Assembly: GCA_014379805.1 (NCBI GenBank)
Contig: JACMLB010000038.1
Coordinates: forward strand, 17,477 to 81,476
Source: Rhodospirillales bacterium
GTDB taxonomy: Bacteria; Pseudomonadota; Alphaproteobacteria; Rhodospirillales; Magnetospirillaceae
Length of the DNA: 64,000 nucleotides
Reading direction: 5' to 3'
Positions 49,295 to 59,832 of this stretch are shown here, piece after piece; the first letter of the stretch is position 1, and every line of letters starts with the position of its first letter. Under the pieces are notes generated by a model. That model saw only the letters and a list, made by a program, of their open reading frames with translations, was not told the DNA's origin and searched no databases. Position numbers and translations under genes: made by a program.

Positions 49295-51090
49295 GGAACC
49301 GCCCGTGGCGTCAGACAGCGGTCCACCGTCACCAGCATGTTCAGCATGACGGAATGGTCCCGGGTTCCGGCCTGATGTTCGGCGACAGCAGAACGGATTT
49401 TGGCAGGGTCAAGGAAGCCCAGGCTGTCCAGCCGAGGCGAATCGGTCAGCGCGGACACCATCTCGCGGATGCGCGGATTGTGTTCGATGGAATGGCTGGC
49501 CGGCGGCCACGACCGTTCCCACCACGGCGGCAGGCTGCGGAAGCGGTTGCCGATGACCCGCTTGGCGGCGGCGCGGGCGAAATGGATGGCGGTCTGCGCC
49601 GCCAGCGAACGGCTTGCCCGGATATTGGTGTTGGCGTTGCGCACGCTCATCATGGCCGGATCGCACAGATCGATGGCCTGCTGATAGACCGCCCAATTGG
49701 CCTTGTCCTCGGGCTGCATGGCAAAGGCCAGATCGAACAGCCGGTTGGTCAAAGCGGGAATGCGGCAATCGGCGTAGCCACGGATGGACGCCGCCATGGG
49801 GAAGGAATAGTGCCGCGAGAAATTGTGCAGGTGCATGTATTCCCACTGCCCGTAGGAATCAGCCCCCAAATCCTTGCCGTGCGCCATCACCCCGCCGACC
49901 GAGGCCCGCAGCGATTCCTCCAGACCGGCGCGGGCACCGTCCTTGACGATGCTCCACGGGCTGGAGGTCTTGAGGCGATAGCTTACCCCGTTCATGAACG
50001 CACCGGGCAGATCGTCGCCCAGGGGCTTCAGCGCGTACATCAGGGTTTCGCGGCCCAGCACCCGGCGTGGACGCTTGGGCAAATAAAGCCCGGCGAAGAA
50101 CACATCCAGGGCCAGCCCCAGGAAAATGCTGTCGGCCTTGGGCAGCACCGCCGGCCCATAGGGGGCGAATTGGAATTCCGGGTAGATCTGCATGCCGGCC
50201 AGCCAGACGCAGTCGTCCACCACGTCGTTCAGCATGTCCTTGGGACGCTCGACGAAGATGTGTTCGGCACCGGCACCGCGCGCCAGTTCGGCGGCGACCT
50301 CGAATTCGTTGTTGCGGGTCAAACAGGTGGTGAAGCACACCGGCGGGCGCGGTGCCGCCGCCAGCAAGGCGCGGGCGTCCAACCCGCCGCTAAGCATCAG
50401 CCCGAAGCGGCGATCGTCGGACATGTGCGAGTCCATGGCGGCGTGCAGCCCGTCGGCCAGTTCGGCGGCCAGGGCCTTGCCCTTCAGCGGCGTCGGCGCG
50501 AAGGACGGCTGCCAGTATTTCGTGACCGACGGTTCGGACTGGCCGGGGCCGTAGGACAGCACCGAAGCCGAGTCCAGATAGACGGTATCGGCCTCAAAGG
50601 TGTGGGTGCCGAACAGGCGGCGGAAATGCAGAAACTCGAAGATCGCCTCGGGCTTGAGGCGGGCGCGCTGCTCGCGCATCAACCCATCAAGGATGGATTT
50701 GAACGAGGTGGACAGGCTGAGCACGCCCTGGTCCATGCGCCAATATACGGCAAGCGACCCGAAACGGTCGGAGATGACAGAGAACGTACGCCGGGCGGGA
50801 TCGCGCAGCAGGATCAGGAACGATCCGTCGAGGGCACGGGCGAAGGCGGCGGTGTCGGCTGCACCCTCGAACAGGCGCAGCACCGCGCGGTCGTCTATTT
50901 GGCCGTCAACAATGGGATTGCCCCACACCACCAAATCGCATCCGCCGGCCTGATAATGCCGGGCCGGCGGATGGAGATTGGCGGCTTCGACTGCCAGATG
51001 GCGGTCGAAGATAAGGCCTGCGCCGCCTTGGTCCTCAAGCCGCCCCTCGGGGCAGAAGCGGGCCGAAAGGTGGAACAGGCGTGTGCTCAA
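49291..51090 (-). CDS. Asparagine-synthase-related ATP-dependent amide ligase lacking the N-terminal Cys
   Basis: LDGSF, SDRFG, LSGGLDAR PP-loop; the N-terminus has no MCG motif. Confidence 0.8.
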   Translation of the reverse strand: MSTRLFHLSARFCPEGRLEDQGGAGLIFDRHLAVEAANLHPPARHYQAGGCDLVVWGNPIVDGQIDDRAVLRLFEGAADTAAFARALDGSFLILLRDPARRTFSVISDRFGSLAVYWRMDQGVLSLSTSFKSILDGLMREQRARLKPEAIFEFLHFRRLFGTHTFEADTVYLDSASVLSYGPGQSEPSVTKYWQPSFAPTPLKGKALAAELADGLHAAMDSHMSDDRRFGLMLSGGLDARALLAAAPRPPVCFTTCLTRNNEFEVAAELARGAGAEHIFVERPKDMLNDVVDDCVWLAGMQIYPEFQFAPYGPAVLPKADSIFLGLALDVFFAGLYLPKRPRRVLGRETLMYALKPLGDDLPGAFMNGVSYRLKTSSPWSIVKDGARAGLEESLRASVGGVMAHGKDLGADSYGQWEYMHLHNFSRHYSFPMAASIRGYADCRIPALTNRLFDLAFAMQPEDKANWAVYQQAIDLCDPAMMSVRNANTNIRASRSLAAQTAIHFARAAAKRVIGNRFRSLPPWWERSWPPASHSIEHNPRIREMVSALTDSPRLDSLGFLDPAKIRSAVAEHQAGTRDHSVMLNMLVTVDRCLTPRAVP

Positions 51091-51095
51091 AGGGC

Positions 51096-52043
51096 TTAGG
51101 TCCGCTTTGCCAGCAAGATGGTGCGGGCGCCGCCCACCGTGCAGATGAAATCGACCGCGTCATCGTCCGAGACGTTCTCGTAGATCACCCGTTCCACATC
51201 GTCGGTCTTGATGGGGGCGCCGCCCTTATAGCCGCGCTCGTTGATGATGGCGGTGCCGCGCTGCGACGACGAGGCCAGATAACGCACGTGATAGCCCGCC
51301 TTGAACAGGCGACGCAGGGGCGTCTCCATGTCGTGATCGGCATCGTAGCGCGACAAATGGGTCTCGAAGATGACCATGGGGGCGATTTCGCCCTTTTCCA
51401 CGGCATCCAGCATGCCGTTGAAGATCTCGACCTCGTGGCCTTCCACGTCCATGCGGATCAAATCCGGGGCGCCGTATTGGGCGACCAGTTCCGGCACCGT
51501 ATAGGTGTGCACGTCCAGGGTCTTGCCCGACAGGTGCTTGGCACCGGTGCCGGTGGTGTGGAAGGTGTTCAGGTTGGACTGGTGGGCCAGGAAGAACTCG
51601 CGCTCACCGGGCTTGTCCGAGATGGCACCGGCCACCACCGGGATATCGGCATAGCCGTTCAACGCGATGTTGCGCTTCAGCAGCTCGATATTGGTGGGCG
51701 ACGGCTCGACGGCGACCATGCGGCCCTGGGGGCCGATCAGGTCCAGCTCCATCAGCACGTAATAGCCAATGTTGGCGCCGATATCGAGCACCGACATGCC
51801 GGGCTTCAGCACCTTCTCAAGGATGATCTTGTGATCGACCTCGCGGGTGCCGAACAGGATCAGCGAGCGGCTGATGCCGGCGTCTTCCAAATCCAGCAGC
51901 AAGCGGTAGGAATGGATCTTGCGCTCAAGGAAACGCTTGCCCAGCACGCGCTTGTGGAAGTTCGCCCACAAAAGGTTAAACGCGGCTGAAACCAATGTAC
52001 CAGGGCCGCGGTCCCTCAGGGTAACGAACGCGCTCGTCAGCAT
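51096..52043 (-). CDS. FkbM family methyltransferase
   Basis: LDIGANIGYY, VEPS, IRMDVEGHE. Start ATG 52043. Confidence 0.9.
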   Translation of the reverse strand: MLTSAFVTLRDRGPGTLVSAAFNLLWANFHKRVLGKRFLERKIHSYRLLLDLEDAGISRSLILFGTREVDHKIILEKVLKPGMSVLDIGANIGYYVLMELDLIGPQGRMVAVEPSPTNIELLKRNIALNGYADIPVVAGAISDKPGEREFFLAHQSNLNTFHTTGTGAKHLSGKTLDVHTYTVPELVAQYGAPDLIRMDVEGHEVEIFNGMLDAVEKGEIAPMVIFETHLSRYDADHDMETPLRRLFKAGYHVRYLASSSQRGTAIINERGYKGGAPIKTDDVERVIYENVSDDDAVDFICTVGGARTILLAKRT

Positions 52044-52879
52044 GGTGTCTCCTCGGAACGGGGAAGCAGAAGATATTCTCTCAGACGGAATTCGCGGATG
52101 GGCGAGCCGTCCATTTCGCGACATTGGTAGCCGGTTTTTTCAATTTCCGCAGCCAATTCCTCGACGCTGGAGCCAAGCAATTTCAATTCTGCGGGATGAA
52201 CCGACAGGAAAATCATGGGCCGGGCACGTTCCAGAAGGGCGCGCGCACCGCGCAAAACCTGCACTTCCGCGCCCTCGACGTCGATCTTGATGACGCGCGG
52301 CGACAGGTTGCGGGCGCCACAGAAACTGTCCAGTGACACTTGGGGGCGCGTGGTGCGGACGTGGTCTTCGGCGTTCTTGCGCACCGCCATGCCGTTGCGG
52401 CCGCTGACGCCGGGATGCTCGTAGAAGGTCACCGCGTCATGGTCGGTCTCGCCCACCATGGCGTTGATCACGTCCACATTGCCAAGCTTGTTCAGGGCCA
52501 CATGGGCCTTGAGCGAGGCGCAATTGGCGGCCGACGGCTCGAAGGTGTAGACCCGGCCCCCAGCACCCACAGCACTTGCCATGGGCAGGGCCAGCAGGCC
52601 GATATGGCCGCCCACGTCCAGCACGCAATCGGCGCCCCGGCAGGCCTCGACACATTCGGTGAAGCCGCCGTTATGGGCGCCGCCCCAGTTTTCGAAATCG
52701 CTGAAGGCAAATTGCGGCTGCAACAGAAACGGACCATAGGGGCCGATCTTCTGCGCCTTGGGCCCGCTTAGGCCCAGGCGGCAGGCGGCACGGTACGCGC
52801 GGCCAAGGATGCGCCAAACCGGGCCAAGGAACTTCAGCGGACCGTGGCGGAAACGCCGAAGCGCGGCGGTCAGGCTCAT
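52037..52879 (-). CDS. FkbM family methyltransferase
   Basis: LDVGGHIG, FEPS, IKIDVEGAE. Confidence 0.9.
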   Translation of the reverse strand: MSLTAALRRFRHGPLKFLGPVWRILGRAYRAACRLGLSGPKAQKIGPYGPFLLQPQFAFSDFENWGGAHNGGFTECVEACRGADCVLDVGGHIGLLALPMASAVGAGGRVYTFEPSAANCASLKAHVALNKLGNVDVINAMVGETDHDAVTFYEHPGVSGRNGMAVRKNAEDHVRTTRPQVSLDSFCGARNLSPRVIKIDVEGAEVQVLRGARALLERARPMIFLSVHPAELKLLGSSVEELAAEIEKTGYQCREMDGSPIREFRLREYLLLPRSEETPC

Positions 52880-52974
52880 ATTTCACACTTTCCCATAGGC
52901 TTGCAGTTCCGCCGGTCGGGCCGGTCGGCGCGCGGGAGACAATTCATGCCAAGCATGGCGGGAGTGTATCCAGT

Positions 52975-54147
52975 TCATGAAATGGCCGTCAACGCCCTGG
53001 CGCGCCGTACCAGCATGATGGCGCCCTGTCCGGCCAGGGCGATCATGAAGGCCTCCAGCGGCAGGCGATAGCGGATGGAGCCGATGGTGACCATGTGCAC
53101 GGCGGTCAGGAACAGGGTCAGCAGCACGATGGGCGACAGTGCCCTGAACCGTTTGCGCCCCTGGGCCAGCAGGACGCCCGCCGACAACAGCAGCACGGGG
53201 CCAAAGCTCAGCAGCGACGCAGCGATGATCACCGGCGATTGATAGCTGGGCGTATAGGGCCACAGGCGCCAGAAGCGGACGAATTTGACGGCGGCCAGTT
53301 CCACGAAGCGGCGCGGATTGTCGCGGATGAACTCCACCGCCGCCTGTTTCAGGGCCTGATTGCGGGCAACCGGGTCCTCGATCTTCTGGAAGGCGCTCAT
53401 ATCGGCGTCGTCGGCGCCGTTGCTGTTGTTGACGCCGCCGCCCGAGACGTTGAGCGGGTTGTTGCCCGAATACAGCACGATGCCGTCACCCAAATTAAGG
53501 CGGACAAAGGTTCCGTACTTATCCATCTGGTGCAGCCACCACGGGGTCATCAACGCCCCGTAGATCAGCACATAGATTGCCACGCGGCCAAGGGCAAAGC
53601 TCAGGCTGCGGCGGTGGACCACTATGGCGAACAGCATGATCAGCAGGGGAGCCAGGGGCTCCAGGCTGGGGCGTTCCAGGATGGACAGCGCCAGCAGCGC
53701 CGAGCCCGCCAGATAACGCTGGCCGTACAGGCACAGAAACGCCGAAAGCACGATGAAGGTGTAGGTGGTCTCGGTCAGGCCGCTGACCGCGTAGAACAGG
53801 AAATGGGGATAGATTGCGGCGGCCAGGGCGGCCAGCAACGCGCCGGCCTCGTCCCGGAACAGCACCCAGCTCAGCCGATGGATCAGTACCACGGTGACCG
53901 CCGAGATCAGCACGTCCAGAATTTTGGCATTGGCGATGCCGCCGACCAAACCCACCAGGACCGGATAAAGCGGCATGACGTGGTCGAATTTGATGCGCCC
54001 GGTCTGCCAAAAGGCCTCGCCGGCCCAGCCATAGCTGATGGCATCGCCGAAGCCCTGATCGGGCAGCAGCAACAGGGTCGCCGTCCGGGCTGCCAGAGCA
54101 AGCAGCACCACCAGCCATAGGCTGCGGGAGGGAAGGTATGTATTCAT
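52975..54147 (-). CDS. GT-C (GT39/ArnT-like) membrane glycosyltransferase
   Basis: DAISY, PLYP, LTET, RPS, PW, RYRLP; multiple TM segments. Start ATG 54147 (ATGA overlap). Confidence 0.78.
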   Translation of the reverse strand: MNTYLPSRSLWLVVLLALAARTATLLLLPDQGFGDAISYGWAGEAFWQTGRIKFDHVMPLYPVLVGLVGGIANAKILDVLISAVTVVLIHRLSWVLFRDEAGALLAALAAAIYPHFLFYAVSGLTETTYTFIVLSAFLCLYGQRYLAGSALLALSILERPSLEPLAPLLIMLFAIVVHRRSLSFALGRVAIYVLIYGALMTPWWLHQMDKYGTFVRLNLGDGIVLYSGNNPLNVSGGGVNNSNGADDADMSAFQKIEDPVARNQALKQAAVEFIRDNPRRFVELAAVKFVRFWRLWPYTPSYQSPVIIAASLLSFGPVLLLSAGVLLAQGRKRFRALSPIVLLTLFLTAVHMVTIGSIRYRLPLEAFMIALAGQGAIMLVRRARALTAIS

Positions 54148-55709
54148 GATCCCGAATGCTCGTAGATGGAGATGCGCGGGTTGGTGTGGCCGAAGACGGT
54201 TTGTACCGGCACCGTCAGCCCCAGGCGCGGTGAAAAGCGCGCCGCCACCGACCAGCCGTCGGGCACGGCATCCGTGGGATCGCGCTCGGTCACCACCATG
54301 AACCGGCATTGGGGATCGTTGATGCGGTAATCGGCAAACGCCAAAGGCGGCGCATCGAACGGCGCCGGGCTGCGCGTGCCCAGGCACAGCGCGGACCCGT
54401 GCGGCACGTTGGCCTCGACCCAGGCAGCGGCCCGCAGGCGGGTGGAGTGAGCGGGGGAATCGGTGTCGGCCTGCGCCATTTTCGTGGGAACCGCCTGAAC
54501 AAGGGTGAGGGCGCAGGTCACTGCCAGGATGGCGCCGCTGGCACGGCCTTTGTTCATGGCCAGAACCAGTACGGCCAGGGACAGCCAGTACGGCACATAG
54601 CGGGCGTTGTCGTGCCAGGTGGCGATAGCGGCGGTGATACTCCCGATCACCACGATTGGAAAGGCCAGTCCCGCTGCCGCCAGTCCCCATCGTTGGGTAA
54701 CGATCACGGCGATGACGGCCACCGGCAATGCCACGCCGAAACCGCTGACCAGCGAATGGGCGACGAAATCCCATAGCAGGGCGGCGGTCGGTGCCTGATT
54801 GAACCAGCCCGCGCCGATTTCCGCTTCGGCGCGGAAGGCGGTCCAATTTAGCAGCATATAGGGGTTAAAGGCGGCGGCGACCGCACCGGCCAGGACCACG
54901 ACGGCGACCAGCGCCCATACCGGCAGGCGGCGGCGCCAGACCAGGGCCAGCAGGCCGGCCCCGGCCAACAGGGCGAAGACGCCGTTGGTCAGCACGGACC
55001 CCACGGTCAATCCCAGCGCCACGCCTAAGCCAATCAGCCAGCGCCACGATGCCTCATGGTTCAGGCGGACCATGCAGTACAGCGCAAGGTTGCTCCACAG
55101 CAGCGAGTACCAATGGGGTTTCATGACCGAGGAAAAATACAAACTGGCGGGGGCGGCCAGATAGATGGCCAGGGCCAGCGCCGCGCGCCGTGGCGCCACG
55201 CCCAGCCGGCGCAAGGTGGCCCATAGAATCAGGCCCGAGGCGGCGAAGGCCAGCGTGACGAACAGGCGCCCTGCGCCGTAGACCCGGTCCATGCGGTCGG
55301 GATCGGCCAGCATGTCGTCCAGGCTGCCCAGGCGCAGCACGCCGGTTTTTTGCAGGGCGAACAGCCAGCCGCCCAGGGGATAAAGATAGGCGCCGCCATA
55401 TTGATAATAATGGGGGTCGAAGGACAGTTCCGCCGGACGCATGCGGGCCAGGGCCATCACATTCATCATCTCGTCGGCTTCGACGCTGTACAGGCGGAAA
55501 CGCATGGACCAGCGCGCGGGAGTTTCCTGCTCGGTGGACTGGCCGATCACCGTCTGGCGGTCAAGGGCACCGGCGGGCGGCGGGCGCGAAACGGCGCCCG
55601 AGACCGTGGGGTGGTTGTTGAGCGAAGTGCCGTAATCCATGGTCGCGGCTTGCAGCGTCAGGAAAATGGCGCACAGCAACAGTGGCCACAGCCACGTTAT
55701 TCGACCCAC
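54144..55709 (-). CDS. GT-C-like polytopic membrane protein
   Basis: Loop with ADE and FDPHYYQYG, KPH, NPY, ARY; many TM segments; GTG start after AAGGAG. Confidence 0.7.
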   Translation of the reverse strand: MGRITWLWPLLLCAIFLTLQAATMDYGTSLNNHPTVSGAVSRPPPAGALDRQTVIGQSTEQETPARWSMRFRLYSVEADEMMNVMALARMRPAELSFDPHYYQYGGAYLYPLGGWLFALQKTGVLRLGSLDDMLADPDRMDRVYGAGRLFVTLAFAASGLILWATLRRLGVAPRRAALALAIYLAAPASLYFSSVMKPHWYSLLWSNLALYCMVRLNHEASWRWLIGLGVALGLTVGSVLTNGVFALLAGAGLLALVWRRRLPVWALVAVVVLAGAVAAAFNPYMLLNWTAFRAEAEIGAGWFNQAPTAALLWDFVAHSLVSGFGVALPVAVIAVIVTQRWGLAAAGLAFPIVVIGSITAAIATWHDNARYVPYWLSLAVLVLAMNKGRASGAILAVTCALTLVQAVPTKMAQADTDSPAHSTRLRAAAWVEANVPHGSALCLGTRSPAPFDAPPLAFADYRINDPQCRFMVVTERDPTDAVPDGWSVAARFSPRLGLTVPVQTVFGHTNPRISIYEHSGS

Positions 55710-55740
55710 ATCGGCTCCTTATTCTCCGCAAAACGGGGGC

Positions 55741-55770
55741 ACTATGCCCTAAGGTGGATGACATCAGCAA
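55741..55770 (-). promoter_or_regulatory. Candidate promoter at the head of the glycan island
   Basis: Minus strand TTGCTG-N18-CATAGT in the region divergent from purH. Confidence 0.35.
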
Positions 55771-55871
55771 GGCCGCGGCCTGACGTTCATCCAAGAATGT
55801 AATGCGCGTCATGCGCCCGCATGGTATATCGCCCCCCATTTTTCGTATGTTTGCCGCCGGAGAGCACGCCT

Positions 55872-57449
55872 ATGTCCCAGAACCCGATTCGCCGCGCCCT
55901 TATCTCGGTTTCCGACAAGACCGGCCTGGTGGAATTCGCCCGGTTCCTGGTCGAGCGCGGGGTCGAGATTCTGTCCACCGGCGGTTCGGCCAAGACCCTT
56001 CGCGATGCCGGCATCGCCGTCAAGGAAGTGGCCGACCACACCGGCTTCCCTGAAATGCTGGACGGGCGCGTGAAGACGCTGCACCCGCTGATCCATGGCG
56101 GCCTGCTGGCCATCCGCGGCAATGCCGAGCATGAGAAGGCCATGACCGAACACGGCATCAGCCCCATCGACCTGTTGGTGGTGAACCTGTATCCGTTCGA
56201 AGAAACCGTCGCCAAGGGTGCCGATTTCGACACCTGCATCGAGAACATCGACATCGGCGGCCCGGCCCTGATCCGTGGCGCCTCGAAGAATCATGACAGC
56301 GTGACCGTGGTCGTGGACGTGGTGGACTATCAGGCGGTGATGGAAAGCATGTCCGCCAATGGCGGCGCCACCACCCATGAATTGCGCCGCAGCCTTGCCG
56401 CCACCGCCTATGCCCGCACCGGCGCCTATGACGCCGCCATCTCCAGCTGGTTCGCCCAGCAGGTCGGCGACACCTTCCCCCGCCGCGTGGTCGCCGCCGG
56501 CGAGCTGAAGCAGACCCTGCGTTACGGCGAGAACCCGCATCAGCAGGCCGCGTTCTATGTCTCCGGCGCCGCGCGCCCCGGCATCGCCACCGCCCGCCAG
56601 CTGCAGGGCAAGGAATTGTCGTTCAACAACATCAACGACACCGATGCCGCCTTCGAACTGGTGTCCGAATTCACCCAGCCGGCGGTCGCCATCATCAAGC
56701 ACGCCAATCCCTGCGGCGTGGCCACGGGTGCCTCCATCGCCGAGGCCTATCGCACGGCCCTGGCCTGCGATCCGGTGTCGGCTTTCGGTGGCATCATTGC
56801 CATCAACCGTCCGCTTGACCGCGCCACCGCCGAGGAAATTTCCAAGTTGTTCACCGAGGTGGTGATCGCCCCCGCAGCCGATGACGAGGCTGTCGCCGCC
56901 TTCGCCGCCAAGAAGAACCTGCGCCTGCTGGTCACCGGCGGCATGTCGGACCCCACCCAGTCGGGCATGACTCTGCGCACCGTCACCGGCGGCTATCTGT
57001 TGCAAACCCGCGATAATGGCCGCGTTACCGAGGCCGAGCTGAAGGTGGTGACCAAGCGCGTCCCCAGCCCGCAGGAAATGGCCGATCTGCTGTTCGCCTT
57101 CCGGGTGTGCAAGCACGTCAAGTCCAACGCCATCATCTATGTGAAGGATGGCGCGACCGTGGGCATCGGCGCCGGTCAGATGAGCCGTGTGGATTCCAGC
57201 CGCATCGCCGCCTGGAAAAGCAAGGAAGCGGCTGACACTGCCGGTCTGGCCCAGCCCGCCACCATGGGTTCGGTGGTTGCCTCGGACGCCTTCTTCCCGT
57301 TCGCCGACGGCCTGCTGGCCGCCGCCGCCGCCGGTGCCACCGCCATCATCCAGCCGGGCGGCTCCATGCGCGACGCCGAGGTGATCGCCGCCGCCGACGA
57401 GCAGGGCTTGGCCATGGTGTTCACCGGCATGCGCCACTTCCGTCACTAA
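55872..57449 (+). CDS. purH: Bifunctional AICAR formyltransferase / IMP cyclohydrolase
   Basis: [63 protein letters not shown] 55872 after GGAG. Confidence 0.98.
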   Translation: MSQNPIRRALISVSDKTGLVEFARFLVERGVEILSTGGSAKTLRDAGIAVKEVADHTGFPEMLDGRVKTLHPLIHGGLLAIRGNAEHEKAMTEHGISPIDLLVVNLYPFEETVAKGADFDTCIENIDIGGPALIRGASKNHDSVTVVVDVVDYQAVMESMSANGGATTHELRRSLAATAYARTGAYDAAISSWFAQQVGDTFPRRVVAAGELKQTLRYGENPHQQAAFYVSGAARPGIATARQLQGKELSFNNINDTDAAFELVSEFTQPAVAIIKHANPCGVATGASIAEAYRTALACDPVSAFGGIIAINRPLDRATAEEISKLFTEVVIAPAADDEAVAAFAAKKNLRLLVTGGMSDPTQSGMTLRTVTGGYLLQTRDNGRVTEAELKVVTKRVPSPQEMADLLFAFRVCKHVKSNAIIYVKDGATVGIGAGQMSRVDSSRIAAWKSKEAADTAGLAQPATMGSVVASDAFFPFADGLLAAAAAGATAIIQPGGSMRDAEVIAAADEQGLAMVFTGMRHFRH

Positions 57450-57500
57450 GCTTGGCCCCCGGCCCGGTACAGGCGTTCCAGTTTCAAGCAAGGTGTCCTT

Positions 57501-58772
57501 ATGACCCAGTCGTCTCCTAAGATCGTCATGATTGGCCTCGGCTATGTCGGCCTGCCGCTGGCGGTGGCGGTTGCCCGCCATTTCCCCACCGTCGGCTTCG
57601 ACATCAGTGAAAGCCGCGTCAGCGAATTGAAGGGCGGTTTCGACCGCACCGGGGAAGTGGACGGCGCCCATCTGCGGGCCAGCACCTTGCACCTGTCCCA
57701 TGACGCCGCCGCCATCCAGGGCGCCGACGTCTACATCATCACCGTGCCGACCCCGGTGACCGACGACAACCAGCCGGATTTGCGCCCGGTGATCAGCGCC
57801 TGCCGGTCGGTGGGCAAGGCCATGGGCAAGGGCGCCGTGGTGGTGTTCGAAAGCACCGTCTATCCCGGCGTGACCGAGGACATCTGCGGCAAGGAACTGG
57901 AAACCGTTTCGGGTCTGGTGTGCGGCAAGGACTTTTTCCTGGGCTACAGCCCCGAGCGCATCAATCCCGGCGACAAGGAACACACGGTCGAGCGCATCAC
58001 CAAGGTGATCTCGGGCCAGACCGCCGAAGTGGTGGATTTGCTTGAGCGCATCTATGGCAGCGTCACCACCGGCGGCGTGTTCAAGGCCGCCAGCATCCGC
58101 GTGGCCGAAGCCGCCAAGGTGATCGAGAACGCCCAACGCGACATCAACATCGCCTTCATCAACGAAATCACCATGATCTTCCAGCGCCTGGGGATTTCGG
58201 TCCATGACGTGCTGGCGGCGTCGGCCACCAAGTGGAACTTCCTGAACTTCAAGCCCGGTCTGGTGGGCGGTCACTGCATCGGCGTGGACCCGTTCTATCT
58301 GGCGCAATGCGCCATTGATAACGGCCACAACCCGGAAATCATCCTGGCCGGCCGCCGCATCAATGACGGCATGGGCGGCTATGTGGCCGAGCGGGTGCAC
58401 AGCCAGCTATCCGGCCCGTCGCGCATTCTGGTGCTTGGCCTGACCTTCAAGGAAAACGTGCCCGATCTGCGCAACAGCAAGGTGGTGGACGTCATCCGCG
58501 GCCTGCGTGCCCTGGGCCATACGGTCGAGGTTCACGACCCCCTGGCCGATCCGGCGGAAGCGCAGCATGAATACGGCGAGACCCTGCTGCCGTCCTTGGA
58601 CGAAGTGGGCGTGTATGACTGCGTCGTCGGCGCCGTGCCGCACCAGCCCTATGCGGAAATGTGCACCGAGACCTTCACCACCCTGGTTCGCGACGGTGGT
58701 TTGGTCGCCGACCTCAAGGGCATGTGGCGCGGGCTGACCCTGGACGGCGCGCGCCGTCAATGGGGCCTGTAA
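57501..58772 (+). CDS. UDP-HexNAc 6-dehydrogenase (WbpO/TviB-like)
   Basis: GLGYVGLP, ESTVYPG, SPERINPGD, ENAQRD, GGHCIGVDP, FKENVPDLRNS. Confidence 0.93.
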   Translation: MTQSSPKIVMIGLGYVGLPLAVAVARHFPTVGFDISESRVSELKGGFDRTGEVDGAHLRASTLHLSHDAAAIQGADVYIITVPTPVTDDNQPDLRPVISACRSVGKAMGKGAVVVFESTVYPGVTEDICGKELETVSGLVCGKDFFLGYSPERINPGDKEHTVERITKVISGQTAEVVDLLERIYGSVTTGGVFKAASIRVAEAAKVIENAQRDINIAFINEITMIFQRLGISVHDVLAASATKWNFLNFKPGLVGGHCIGVDPFYLAQCAIDNGHNPEIILAGRRINDGMGGYVAERVHSQLSGPSRILVLGLTFKENVPDLRNSKVVDVIRGLRALGHTVEVHDPLADPAEAQHEYGETLLPSLDEVGVYDCVVGAVPHQPYAEMCTETFTTLVRDGGLVADLKGMWRGLTLDGARRQWGL

Positions 58773-58782
58773 AGCGGTGCCC

Positions 58783-59712
58783 ATGAAGGTCGCCGTCCTC
58801 ATCCCGTGCTATAACGAGGACCTTGCCATTCGGCAGGTGGTGCAGGATTTCCGCGCCGTTCTGCCGTCGGCGGCGATCTATGTGTACGACAACAATTCAA
58901 GCGACCGCACCGTCGAAATCGCCCGGGAAGCCGGCGCCATCGTTCGCTGCGAGCCCTTGCAGGGAAAGGGCAATGTGGTCCGGCGCATGTTCTCGGACGT
59001 GGAAGCCGACATCTATGTGCTGGTGGACGGCGACGCCACCTATCACGCCCCCAGCGCGCCCGAGATGATCGCGAAGCTGGTGGACGAAAACCTGGACATG
59101 GTGGTGGGCACCCGCCTGCATACCGAGGAAACCGGGGCGTTCCGCCAGGGCCATCAATTGGGCAACCGCCTGCTGACCGGCTTCGTCGCCTGGCTGTTCG
59201 GCGACCGCTTCAAGGACATGCTGTCGGGTTACCGCATCTTCTCGCGCCGCTTCGTCAAATCCTTCCCCGCCTTGGCGGAAGGTTTCGAGACGGAAACCGA
59301 GCTGGCGGTCCACGCGCTCAGCCTGTCCATGCCGGTGGCCGAGGTGCAGACCCCCTATTACGCCCGGCCCGAGGGGTCGGAATCCAAGCTGCGCACCTAT
59401 CGCGACGGCTGGCGGATTCTGATTATGATCCTCAAACTGCTCAAGCGTGAGCGGCCCCAGCTTTTCTTCGGCGCCATCTTCGCCGTGCTGGCTGTGCTGT
59501 CCATGGTTCTGGCCGCGCCCATCGTGGTGACTTATATGGAAACCGGTCTGGTGCCGCGCTTCCCCACCGCCATCCTGGCCACCGGCACCATGCTGCTGGG
59601 CTTCCTCAGCCTGACCGCCGGCTTCATCCTCGACACCGTCACCCATGGACGGCGCGAGAGCAAGCGGCTGCATTATCTTGGCTATGCCGCGCCCGGTGCG
59701 GCGCGGGATTAA
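58783..59712 (+). CDS. GT2 glycosyltransferase (polyprenyl-phosphate glycosyltransferase-like)
   Basis: IPCYNE, DNNSSD, GKGNVV, DGD, DMLSGY; two C-terminal TM helices. Confidence 0.9.
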   Translation: MKVAVLIPCYNEDLAIRQVVQDFRAVLPSAAIYVYDNNSSDRTVEIAREAGAIVRCEPLQGKGNVVRRMFSDVEADIYVLVDGDATYHAPSAPEMIAKLVDENLDMVVGTRLHTEETGAFRQGHQLGNRLLTGFVAWLFGDRFKDMLSGYRIFSRRFVKSFPALAEGFETETELAVHALSLSMPVAEVQTPYYARPEGSESKLRTYRDGWRILIMILKLLKRERPQLFFGAIFAVLAVLSMVLAAPIVVTYMETGLVPRFPTAILATGTMLLGFLSLTAGFILDTVTHGRRESKRLHYLGYAAPGAARD

Positions 59713-59737
59713 AACAGGGAGCTTCCCCAAAGACTAT

Positions 59738-59820
59738 CGTCACCCCGGACAAGCGCAGCGCAGATCCGGGGTCCATGGTGCCGTTTCCCACCGTGGATCC
59801 CCGCTTTCGCGGGGATGACG
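59738..59820. repeat. CGTC-tagged REP-like inverted dimer between convergent genes
   Basis: Starts CGTCACCCCGGA...TCCGGGGTCCA and ends TGGATCCCCGCTTTCGCGGGGATGACG; termini inverted, each half self-complementary. Confidence 0.8.
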
Positions 59821-59832
59821 AGGGGGAAAAGC

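Noticed and set aside
52880-52974. Sigma54 promoter (TTGGCATGAATTGT on the minus strand)
   Set aside because: Lacks the GC dinucleotide at the required GG-N10-GC spacing.
55710-55871. ZMP/ZTP riboswitch upstream of purH
   Set aside because: No recognisable aptamer or terminator by eye in the short leader; an Rfam scan would settle it.
55809-58400. 863-aa minus-strand ORF
   Set aside because: Antisense to purH and the sugar dehydrogenase, both unambiguous genes.
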